Positions 10,347 through 19,571 of a DNA stretch of 64,000 nt are shown piece after piece; position 1 is the first letter of the stretch; each line of letters starts with the position of its first letter. Below the pieces are notes generated by a model. It made no database searches and was not told where the DNA came from. It was given only the letters and a program-made list of their open reading frames with translations. The DNA is taken from the IMG/VR virus record IMGVR_UViG_3300030114_000522; one strand, given 5' to 3'. A program made the translations under genes and the position numbers. This DNA is from a virus.

Positions 10347-13300
10347 ATGTATTTAAAAATAAGTTATGAGCAAGAATTCGATGATTTAATGATGTATCTA
10401 AGGGGGAAATATCCAAGTGAACTATTTGATGTAGATGGAATAGGGGTTCAATTAGATTTAGCTAAATTTTCAAAAAGTTTCTTTAGTAAAAAAGTAAAAA
10501 CAACTACTGATATTTCAGTTGACCAAAATAGTAATGTAGATGATGTATCAGTAATTAGTTACACAAATGAACTTAAAAAGCCCTTTGAAAAGATAAATAG
10601 TTATTATATGATGTGGAAAGAGTCTAAGACCTTATATGGATTAGGATTTGCAAATGAAGTTGTAGAAAAAAACCTTATAGGTGACATTTACATAAATGAT
10701 TTTATAGGTGTGGGAGGAGGTTTACCATACTGTTATAATTACTCTACATACGATATTATGATGAACGGTCTTAGTATGGTAAAGAAAATTCATAGTGTAC
10801 CACCTAAGTATCTAACAGCCTTTAAATCTCAATTAGAACAGTTTGTAGTGGTTGCAAGTAATTCAACATTGGGTGCTTGTGGACTAGCTGATTTATTAGT
10901 TGTGATGAGTTATTATGTTAAAAACATATTAGACAATAAGAGAGATGAACATTTTTCTTTTGTATCAGAAGAAGATTGTTGGGGATATATAGATTCTCAA
11001 TTAACATCATTCATATATACAATTAATCAACCCATGAGAGGAAACCAATCACCTTTTACCAACGTATCAATTTATGATGGTAGGTTCTTAGATAAAATGA
11101 TTAACGATTATATATTCCCAGATGGTAGTCATCCTGATAGAGAAATAGTTAAGAAGATGCAAAATTTATATTTAGACATTATGAATCGCGAGCAAGAAAG
11201 AACTCCAATCACTTTTCCCGTTGAATTAGTAGCGGAATAATATAGTAATATATTATTAAAACCTCGTGAACTCATGGAAACCCTCCTTTGTGAATACTAA
11301 AAACAAAAGCAAAGGAAGTGATATATTTAATGGCAAGAATTCCAAATACACAATGTGAAATTTGTGGAGAAGGAGTATATAGAAATCCTAACATAAAAAC
11401 ACATGCAACTTGTTGCAAAGAATGTAGAAGTATATTAAATAAACAAATAAATGGAAAAATAGTAAAATGTGATAATTGTAATACTGAGTTTTATAAAAAG
11501 AATAGTAGAGTGCGAGAACATAATTTTTGTTGTGCTGATTGTCAAAAAGAATATAATAAACCTAAAATCGAAGTAGAAGAGATGATAACACTTCATAAAG
11601 AAGGTTTATATGACAAAGATATTGCGAAAATTGCAAAATGCTCTAGAGAATTAGTTACCAAAATATTAAATAATAATGGCTATAATGATAGACGTTCAAA
11701 AAAAGATGATTTATCTTTGAGAAATAGAATATCAAAAGCCAATAAAGGAAAAAGAACTGGTAAAGACAATCCTCAATTCAAAGGAAAATCAGATTTTACA
11801 AATATGGCAAGAGGTTTATTTAATAGTATTTCTAAAACATATATGAGAAACCATAATTATACATGTGAGATGTGTGAAAAATATGGAGGTAATTTGAATA
11901 CTCATCATAAAAAACTATTTAGTATTATATTAGATGAATTTTTAAATTTAAATCCAAGTATAACAAAAGAATCTTTTTCAGAAGAAATATTAAAATATAA
12001 AGATTTTATTGATGAAGATAATTTATTGTTATTATGTGAGGAATGTCATAAAAATATTCATAAAGGAGACAATCATGAGCCAAGCCTTGATTAATACTCA
12101 AGGAAGGTGCAACGACTATCGAAAACATTAATCAATATAAGATTTAAAAGAATTGATTAAGAAGTGAGTAGAGTACATTACAAGTTTTTGGTAATGGAAG
12201 TGCGAGGGTTCTTATATTTAATCTAAGATATAAGAATATGATATAGTCTGCTCTATATGGTGACATATAGCTCTATGGAGATAACTAATAGCGAAGTTAT
12301 CTCAAACATTTGGTACAACAGCTTGTTTTAGTATAAATGATAATCAAGAACTACAGGATTTAAAATTTGTTGATTACATAGCAGAGAAGAATCTAAAATA
12401 TGCTTTTATAAATATGTATATGGGTAAGACTAGCACATTATCTTCTTGCTGTAGATTACGTAGCGAAACTACTAATGAATATTTTAATAGTTTTGGAAGC
12501 GGTTCAAGTAAGATTGGTTCATTAGGAGTTTGTACTATTAATTTACCTAGATTATCAATAAAATATAGAAACGATAAAACAAAATTTATGGAAGAATTGC
12601 CTTTATTAGTTGAGATGTGTGCAAAGATTAATAATACTAAAAGAAAGATAGTTCAAAAGAGAATAGATAATGGTAACCACCCATTATATGACTTAGGATT
12701 TGTAGACATCAATACTCAATATTCTACTTGTGGTATTAATGGATTTAATGAAGCTATATCATATTTAGGTGAAGATATAAAAACAGAAGATGGAATGCAA
12801 TTAGGATTGGAAATCATTAATATTATAAATACTGTTAATGATAAAATGCAAAAGAGATTTAAGACTCCTCATAATTGTGAACAAATTCCAGCAGAAAATG
12901 TATCAATTAAATTAGCGTCTAAAGACCAATTATTAAAATATCAAACAGAATATAATTTATATTCAAATCAATTTATTCCATTAATAGTAAATGCAGATTT
13001 ATTAGATAGAATTAGATTACAAGGAACATTTGATAAACATTTTTCTGGTGGTTCTATAATGCATATTTCTTGTGATGAGAGATTGGACAATGTAGAAGAT
13101 ATGAAGTTATTAATTAAAACTTGTGCTAGTCAAGGAGTTATATATTTTGCAATTAATTATATGTTAAGAAAATGTGAAAATGGTCATATGACAGTAGGTT
13201 CAGATAATGTTTGTCCTATCTGTGGTGCAGAAATAGTAGACTTTTATACAAGAGTAGTGGGGTTTCTTACTAATATTAAGAACTGGCATAAGGTTAGAAG

Positions 13301-13364
13301 AGAAGAAGACGCACCAAATAGACAAATGTACAATACAAATTCAATAGGTAAAGCAAGTAAATAA
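10347..13364 (+). CDS. nrdD: anaerobic (class III) ribonucleotide reductase, spliced: exons 10347-11221 and 12314-13364, 641 aa
   Basis: QSPFTN, junction TFPV/TTAC, SSCCRL, GSLGVCTINLPR, EQIPAE, Zn site CENGH..CPIC, glycyl-radical TRVVGF. Confidence 0.92.
11222..12313 (+). mobile_element. group I intron (IA-like) carrying an HNH endonuclease gene
   Basis: P1 CCGU/GCGG with U.G at 11221; P4 CUCAUG/CAUGAG; P7 GACUAU/AUAGUC; terminal G 12313; removal restores GTT (Val) and the frame. Confidence 0.9.
11318..12094 (+). CDS. intron-encoded HNH homing endonuclease with Zn fingers
   Basis: Multiple CxxC; C-terminal CEMC..LNTHH..NLLLLCEECHKNIH. Confidence 0.85.
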   Translation: MIYLMARIPNTQCEICGEGVYRNPNIKTHATCCKECRSILNKQINGKIVKCDNCNTEFYKKNSRVREHNFCCADCQKEYNKPKIEVEEMITLHKEGLYDKDIAKIAKCSRELVTKILNNNGYNDRRSKKDDLSLRNRISKANKGKRTGKDNPQFKGKSDFTNMARGLFNSISKTYMRNHNYTCEMCEKYGGNLNTHHKKLFSIILDEFLNLNPSITKESFSEEILKYKDFIDEDNLLLLCEECHKNIHKGDNHEPSLD

Positions 13365-13826
13365 TTGAACATATTAGCAACTCAATATACTTTAAGTAGA
13401 AAAGCCTTGGAAATATATGTGGCAGGGTGCAAGGGTAATCCTCATTGCACCAATTGCCATAATCCTGAGTCATGGAACTTTGATATAGGAGATTTATATA
13501 ATGAGGTGTATTTTGAGAAGATAAAAACTAAAGTTCAAGATTTTGACAATATGATAACTTCAATACAGATATTTGGTGGAGAAGTTAACGACCAAAATTA
13601 TATAGAGTTAGAAAATATGTTAAAAGATTTAAAGACATTAAACAAAGATATATGGATATTTACTAGATATGATTTAAAAGATTGTCCTAAATTTGAATTA
13701 GAATTATGTGATTATATAAAGTGTGGGAGATACGTTCAAGAATTAAGTTGTGATAATAATTTACAATATGGTATTCAGTTAGCAACGAGCAATCAAAAAA
13801 TATATAAAAAAGGATTAGATTATTAA
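13365..13826 (+). CDS. nrdG: anaerobic RNR activating enzyme (radical SAM)
   Basis: GCKGNPHCTNCHNPESW, GGE, DYIKCGRY, SNQKIY; directly after nrdD. Confidence 0.9.
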   Translation: MNILATQYTLSRKALEIYVAGCKGNPHCTNCHNPESWNFDIGDLYNEVYFEKIKTKVQDFDNMITSIQIFGGEVNDQNYIELENMLKDLKTLNKDIWIFTRYDLKDCPKFELELCDYIKCGRYVQELSCDNNLQYGIQLATSNQKIYKKGLDY

Positions 13827-13835
13827 TTAAAGGAA

Positions 13836-14570
13836 GTGATTAATATATTAGAACTAAACAAGATACATAATATGGATTATAAAGAAGGATATAAACAAAT
13901 AGACAATGAATCAATAGACTTGATTATAACTTCGCCACCCTATAATTTAGGAGGTAAATTTCATACTGGCAATACTAGATATAATCAAGCTTATGATGTA
14001 TATTCAGACAAGCTACCAGAAGAAATTTATCAAGAACAACAAATTCAATTCTTAAATGAAAGTTATGATAAGTTACAAGATGGTGGAAGTTTATTCTATA
14101 ATCATAAGCCTAGAATTAAAGATGGAATATGTATTCATCCTTTAGAGTGGATTTTGAAATCTAAGTTTATATTAAAACAAGAAATAGTGTGGAAGAATAG
14201 AAGTCAAAATTTTGATAAGATTAGATTCTATCCATTTAGTGAAAGGATATACTGGTTAGTTAAAAATCCTAAAACTAAATTGCATAATGAAGTTGGACTA
14301 TCAGATGTTTGGGAAGATATTAAGAATAGTAAAAGAGATGAACTACATAAAGCTACTTTTCCAATTGAATTACCTTTAACAATTATAAAATGTTTTAAAG
14401 ACGCTAAGATTATACTTGACCCATATATAGGAATAGGAACTACTGCAAAAGCAGTCATAGAATACAATAAAGAATTCAATGATGATAAACAATATATAGG
14501 ATTTGATATATCTGAACAATATTGTAATAGAGCTGAAAGCGATATAAATGATAAAAATATTAGATTTTAG
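13836..14570 (+). CDS. N4-cytosine/N6-adenine DNA methyltransferase (beta class)
   Basis: DLIITSPPY before HKATFP and ILDPYIGIGTT. Confidence 0.88.
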   Translation: MINILELNKIHNMDYKEGYKQIDNESIDLIITSPPYNLGGKFHTGNTRYNQAYDVYSDKLPEEIYQEQQIQFLNESYDKLQDGGSLFYNHKPRIKDGICIHPLEWILKSKFILKQEIVWKNRSQNFDKIRFYPFSERIYWLVKNPKTKLHNEVGLSDVWEDIKNSKRDELHKATFPIELPLTIIKCFKDAKIILDPYIGIGTTAKAVIEYNKEFNDDKQYIGFDISEQYCNRAESDINDKNIRF

Positions 14571-14746
14571 AATAAGGCTATAAGCTACTTGTAGAATATG
14601 AAAAATCACTTAGAATAAAACAGATATTTTATTTGAAGTTAGGAAATTAAATGTTCACAACATGTTCATAAAAGGTCTCACTATGGGACTAAATATGAAT
14701 AATATGTAAATAAAATAAAAAGAGTAGAAAGGAATGAATTAATAAA

Positions 14747-15379
14747 ATGAAGTGTATAACAAGATATGAAATGAAATTTGGAGATATTGTAGTTCCAGCT
14801 AGAACTACATGTAAAATTATTAATAAGGCTGATACATTTACAGCAGATGCTTCGGGAGTACAAATAAATATAGTTATTGATAATTATTATATAAATGCTG
14901 AAGATAAACAAAATGAAAATGAAGTTATTAAATTTAAAAGCAATGTAAATGATGCTTGTTTATCTGGAATATTTATTAGAACTAACACTCAATCGGTTTA
15001 TATGGACGCTGGAGACTATATGTATAAAGATTACGGGTTATATGACTGGCAACTTGAAAAAATATTTGGTAAGGATAATATTCCTGAAGGATTATTTAAA
15101 GGGAAACATGTTTATAATGGCAAAGATGCTAAATTACAAGATGTTGTTTGGTATTTGGAAGATGAATTTTCAGAATGGGTAAGCGAGAATTGTGAATTTA
15201 CTACTTTAACAGAAGAAGATATTGAAAATGGATTGGGTTCTGATGGAGCAGAAGAAGGAGATAGTATACTAAGTCAAAAAGGAATAGAACAATTTGAAAA
15301 GAAATGTTTAGAATATCAAAATAGGTTAGAGACAACAGGATTTACATATGATTTTCAAGGTGGCTTGAGTTGGGATTAA
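14747..15379 (+). CDS. hypothetical acidic protein
   Basis: 210 aa ORF with SD AAGGA. Confidence 0.65.
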   Translation: MKCITRYEMKFGDIVVPARTTCKIINKADTFTADASGVQINIVIDNYYINAEDKQNENEVIKFKSNVNDACLSGIFIRTNTQSVYMDAGDYMYKDYGLYDWQLEKIFGKDNIPEGLFKGKHVYNGKDAKLQDVVWYLEDEFSEWVSENCEFTTLTEEDIENGLGSDGAEEGDSILSQKGIEQFEKKCLEYQNRLETTGFTYDFQGGLSWD

Positions 15380-15456
15380 TGTACGATATTAATTTAGATA
15401 TAAAGACAATAAAAACTACATTTGAAGTGGTTTTTAGAAAGTGAGGTGATTAATTA

Positions 15457-15648
15457 ATGACCATATTTCAATTAATATGTTTATATTGTGGAGTATTAAT
15501 ATTATCATCAAAAGGAAGCATAGGCAGTAATCTAAACTACTCACAAGTATATTGTGAATATTGTAAATTATGGTATATACCTAAAACTATTGGAGAAATT
15601 AATAGTTGTCCAAAGTGCAGTTGTAATAACGTACATGGAGATGAATAA
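15457..15648 (+). CDS. small Zn-finger protein
   Basis: CLYC, CEYC, CPKC; SD GAGGTG. Confidence 0.6.
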   Translation: MTIFQLICLYCGVLILSSKGSIGSNLNYSQVYCEYCKLWYIPKTIGEINSCPKCSCNNVHGDE

Positions 15649-15665
15649 TATTTATATAAAAGGAA

Positions 15666-15881
15666 GTGAAAACAATGAATAGAAATGATTTTACATTAAT
15701 ATGTGATGATTGTGAAGAATTATTATATATAACTGATAAATATAAAAAGATATTTATTAAAACTTACGAACCACATGGATATATTACTATTGATGAGGCT
15801 AAAAATTTAATTAAAGCTTTAGAAAATTTAATTAAAGCTTTAGAAACAATGATTAAAGGAATTGAGTGTGAAATTAGATGA
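15666..15881 (+). CDS. hypothetical protein
   Basis: 71 aa ORF. Confidence 0.55.
   Translation: MKTMNRNDFTLICDDCEELLYITDKYKKIFIKTYEPHGYITIDEAKNLIKALENLIKALETMIKGIECEIR
15802..15843 (+). repeat. 21-bp tandem duplication (NLIKALE x2)
   Basis: AAAATTTAATTAAAGCTTTAG twice, in frame. Confidence 0.85.
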
Positions 15882-16048
15882 TTGTAAGTAATCCAGTTAA
15901 AGTTATGGTGGAAATTGAAGATTTAAACACACGATGCACATATGTGTATAAAGGTAATAACGTTGAGGATTGTAAACAGTATTTCAAGTCATTATTTTTT
16001 GGTAGTAGACCTTATAGAATATTATATACAAAACCTTGCAATGGATAA
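15878..16048 (+). CDS. small hypothetical protein (56 aa)
   Basis: ATGA overlap with previous gene, open to TAA 16046-16048. Confidence 0.5.
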   Translation: MIVSNPVKVMVEIEDLNTRCTYVYKGNNVEDCKQYFKSLFFGSRPYRILYTKPCNG

Positions 16049-16079
16049 TATTAGTAATAATTAAAGGAGAGAAAGATAT

Positions 16080-16952
16080 ATGAAAGATTTAAAAACAATG
16101 AAAGAATGGTTTAAAGAAGATTTTGAATATACAGATAACCGATTATTAGATATATTAGACGATGAAATTGAACTTAGACGAGAAGATATTGAAGGAGGAG
16201 ATTGGTTTTTCTTTGATGGAATGGTAATAGAAGAAATTATAGATTTAAGAAATGAATTAAAGAAGGAATTAGAAGGAGAGAATAAAATGAAAAAATCAAC
16301 AATTGGAATAGAGGATATAGGTTTAAATATGGAGGCTAAAATAATGCAAGAAACAATTAAAGAAGCAATGAATAATACAGATAATAACTTATATTTTGCA
16401 AAAGTAGAATCAAATGCAACTATACCAAGTAAAAGAGATGAAGACGCTGGATATGACATATATACATGTGAAACTGAAACAATAATTATTTCACCTTGTA
16501 GTACAAGAATGATTGATACTGGGATAGCAATAGCTTGTAGTAATAATTATTTCCCTAAATTCTTTGATAAAGGTGGTATGGGAAGTAAAGGAATTATTGT
16601 TGGAGCTGGTGTGGGAGATAGTGGATATAGAGATAAGTATTTTATTCCTTTAATTAATACCAACCAAAGTAAATGGGTTGTAATTACAAATCAATCACAA
16701 AATGAAATAGACAATGCTGATTATTTTGATTTGGATGATAAACTATTTAAAAAAGCTGAAGAACATAAATTATATGGTTACAATAATAAGATATTAAAAA
16801 CTGAATGTATTATTAAGCCATTAAATAAAGCAATTACACAATTTGTGATGTTACCAGTTCCTAAACTAAATGTTAAAGAAATTACATATGAGGAACTTAA
16901 AAATATGAAATCAGAAAGAAAATTGGGGAAAATGGGTTCAAGTGGTAAATAA
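16080..16952 (+). CDS. dut: trimeric dUTPase, with an N-terminal extension or fused upstream ORF
   Basis: AGYDI, TGIAI, GVGDSGYR, ITQFV, RKLGKMGSSG; internal SD+ATG at 16287. Confidence 0.88.
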   Translation: MKDLKTMKEWFKEDFEYTDNRLLDILDDEIELRREDIEGGDWFFFDGMVIEEIIDLRNELKKELEGENKMKKSTIGIEDIGLNMEAKIMQETIKEAMNNTDNNLYFAKVESNATIPSKRDEDAGYDIYTCETETIIISPCSTRMIDTGIAIACSNNYFPKFFDKGGMGSKGIIVGAGVGDSGYRDKYFIPLINTNQSKWVVITNQSQNEIDNADYFDLDDKLFKKAEEHKLYGYNNKILKTECIIKPLNKAITQFVMLPVPKLNVKEITYEELKNMKSERKLGKMGSSGK

Positions 16953-17048
16953 TAATGAGGCTATCACTAGCCTAGATTTTTCAATATTTGAATGAAATCA
17001 TGCTTTTTCTTGGAGTTTATAACATATTAAAATAAAAGGAGTATAAAA

Positions 17049-17237
17049 ATGATAGTTAAATGTAATTGGAAAACTTGCAGGAACAATAAAAATAGAATAT
17101 GCAACGCAGAAATTATAGAACTCAAAGATTTTGACTATGAAGAAGATGAGAAAGAACTTGAAGGTTTAAAGTGTAGTAGCTATGAATATGATTCTTGTTG
17201 GACATGTAAAAAGGATGTGATTAATAAATGGATTTAG
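17049..17237 (+). CDS. small Cys-rich protein
   Basis: CNWKTCRNN..C..C pattern; SD AAGGAG. Confidence 0.6.
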   Translation: MIVKCNWKTCRNNKNRICNAEIIELKDFDYEEDEKELEGLKCSSYEYDSCWTCKKDVINKWI

Positions 17238-17464
17238 AACTAGAAGACCATATTGTAATAATAGAAGATAAATTTAATTATAATATGAAATCAGTTAATC
17301 AAAAAGGAGTTATTAAAGGTGTACTTCCCGATGATAAATTATATATGATTTGTACCGAAGATGATATTGAAGGTTGGGGAAACAAACCTTTAGGAATACC
17401 ATGTGGTCATGGAATAACATGCTATAGAGATGAATTAATGTTGGTTAAGAAAGGAGATAAATAA
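17228..17464 (+). CDS. hypothetical protein
   Basis: 78 aa ORF overlapping neighbours. Confidence 0.6.
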   Translation: MDLELEDHIVIIEDKFNYNMKSVNQKGVIKGVLPDDKLYMICTEDDIEGWGNKPLGIPCGHGITCYRDELMLVKKGDK

Positions 17465-17724
17465 TGAATATATTAAAATCAATTGCAAAATTAATAGGAT
17501 GTCTATTGAGTACATTTATTAATTTGATTGGCTCAATAATGGTTATTATAATAATATTTACATCGATAAATGGAGGAAATGCTATTGCTGATAAACCAAC
17601 TTTTATAGTTTTAGTGAGTTTAGGAGGCATACTTACATTATTGAATGACCATTTTATATCAAGGATACATAAGTCTGAGATTATGAAAGAAATGAGAAAT
17701 AATACAAATGATGATGTTAAATAA
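17464..17724 (+). CDS. two-TM membrane protein
   Basis: Two hydrophobic segments; SD AAGGAG. Confidence 0.65.
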   Translation: MNILKSIAKLIGCLLSTFINLIGSIMVIIIIFTSINGGNAIADKPTFIVLVSLGGILTLLNDHFISRIHKSEIMKEMRNNTNDDVK

Positions 17725-17730
17725 TAAATT

Positions 17731-17755
17731 AGACAGATTAATTTCTGTCTTTTCT
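17731..17755 (+). terminator. intrinsic terminator
   Basis: AGACAGA-loop-TCTGTCT followed by T-rich tract. Confidence 0.65.
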
Positions 17756-17786
17756 CATATCTAAAACTATTTACTATAAATTAAAT

Positions 17787-17834
17787 AACGTATTAAAGTA
17801 ATAGTTTACTTATGTGATATAATTGTGGTATAGT
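17787..17834 (+). promoter_or_regulatory. sigma-A promoter with upstream motif
   Basis: TTTACT 17805, 18 bp, TGG-TATAGT 17829; TATTAAA at 17791. Confidence 0.65.
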
Positions 17835-17839
17835 TGTAA

Positions 17840-19426
17840 ATGAAAGGAAAGGTGATATTAGAAATGTTTACTGAAAATCAAAACTTTTACCCTACCCCAA
17901 AAGAACTGGTATTTAAGATGTTAGATAAGATAAAAGAAATACGTGGATTTAAATACGTTCTTGAGCCGAGTGCTGGAAAGGGTAATATAATTGAATACTA
18001 TAAGGAATATTATGATAAACAATATTCTAACAAATTTTGGTCTGGAAATAATAGAGCAGAGAAAGATTTGGTTTTTGATGTGATAGAATTAGATGAAAAC
18101 CTAGCAAATCTATTAAGAGGAAAAGGATATAATCTCGTACATGATGATTTTCTTACATATGAACCACAGAGATTTTATGATTTAATAATTCTAAATCCTC
18201 CATTTGCAGAAGGTGAGAAGCATTTTTTACGATGTTTAGAAATTCAAAAACGAATAGGTGGTCAAATTGTAGGTTTGTTAAATGCTGAAACTATAAAAAA
18301 TCCATACAATAATACAAGAAAAGAATTAATGAATCAAATACAAGAATATAATGGAGAAATAGAATATATAAATAATGCTTTTAGTGATTCGGAACGAAAG
18401 ACAGATGTGGAAACTGCTTTAATATACATAAATGTTCCAATGCAAAAAGATGAATCTATATTTGAAAGACACTTTAAAAGAGATAATCCTGATATGGACA
18501 TTGATAATTTTCAAGCATTACTTCCCAAAATGACGAAACTTCAATCTTTGGTATTAGAGTGTGATATGGTTAAAAAAGCAACTACAGAATTATTTAAAGA
18601 AAAAATGAAAATAAACAAATTATTAAATGGATTCGGTATAAGTTCTGGCGTTAGCATATGTGATGACACAACAACTCCTAAACCATTATCAATTAATGAT
18701 TATTTAGACAAGACAAATTTACAATATTGGAATAAATTCATAGAAGAAACAGATTTTAAAAAGAAACTACCGTCTAAATTAAGAGACAATTTTAATTGTA
18801 ATATGGAGAAGCAAAGAAATATATCCTTTAACATGGATAATATTCATTATTTCTATGAACAATTAATACAATCTATTCCAAAGAGTTATGAGGAAAACGT
18901 AGCAAAAGTCTTCGAAGATTTGACGTATAAGGGATATTATTCAGATGCGATGTGGAATAGTAATATTTATCTTTACAATAGTTGGAAATCTAATAGTTGT
19001 TACAAAATAAATAAGAAATCAATTATTAGATACTATGGAGATTATTTATACAGAGTTCCCGATACTTTGAAGGATTTAAACATTATTTTTAATAATATTC
19101 AAGCAGAAAATTATGATATAGATAATAGAGATGTAATTGAAGCAATAAAAAAATGTGAAAAGAATATAGACACACCTCACTTTTATTTATCGAGTTATAA
19201 AAAAGGAACAATTCATATTACATATAAAGATAAAAGAGCATTAGACGCTTTTAATATCTTGGCAGGGAAGGGTAAGAACTTTTTACCACCTGATTTTGGA
19301 ACTAAGAAATACAGCGACATGGACGAAAAGGAAAAGAAGTTAGTTGTTGATTTTGGATTTACTGTACAAGAATATGAATATGTAACTATTAATAACAATG
19401 GTAATAATTATTTAAGATTAGGTTAA
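17840..19426 (+). CDS. adenine DNA methyltransferase (DUF4942-like)
   Basis: FYPTP, VLEPSAGKG, LIILNPPF, C-terminal YKKGTIHI. Confidence 0.8.
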   Translation: MKGKVILEMFTENQNFYPTPKELVFKMLDKIKEIRGFKYVLEPSAGKGNIIEYYKEYYDKQYSNKFWSGNNRAEKDLVFDVIELDENLANLLRGKGYNLVHDDFLTYEPQRFYDLIILNPPFAEGEKHFLRCLEIQKRIGGQIVGLLNAETIKNPYNNTRKELMNQIQEYNGEIEYINNAFSDSERKTDVETALIYINVPMQKDESIFERHFKRDNPDMDIDNFQALLPKMTKLQSLVLECDMVKKATTELFKEKMKINKLLNGFGISSGVSICDDTTTPKPLSINDYLDKTNLQYWNKFIEETDFKKKLPSKLRDNFNCNMEKQRNISFNMDNIHYFYEQLIQSIPKSYEENVAKVFEDLTYKGYYSDAMWNSNIYLYNSWKSNSCYKINKKSIIRYYGDYLYRVPDTLKDLNIIFNNIQAENYDIDNRDVIEAIKKCEKNIDTPHFYLSSYKKGTIHITYKDKRALDAFNILAGKGKNFLPPDFGTKKYSDMDEKEKKLVVDFGFTVQEYEYVTINNNGNNYLRLG

Positions 19427-19433
19427 ACATAAT

Positions 19434-19480
19434 AATATATTAAAATAACACTTGCATAATATAATCGTATATGTTATAGT
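19434..19480 (+). promoter_or_regulatory. sigma-A promoter with upstream motif
   Basis: TTGCAT 19452, 17 bp, TGT-TATAGT 19475; TATTAAA at 19438. Confidence 0.7.
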
Positions 19481-19571
19481 ATTAATTGTAGGAAGGAAAT
19501 AGAACTAAACCATAAAAATTCCTATAGTTAATACATAATATATTAAAATAAGAATAAAGGAGATATTATAA

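Noticed and set aside
12414-13364. Separate nrdD fragment or pseudogene
   Set aside because: It is exon 2; splicing restores one continuous NrdD.
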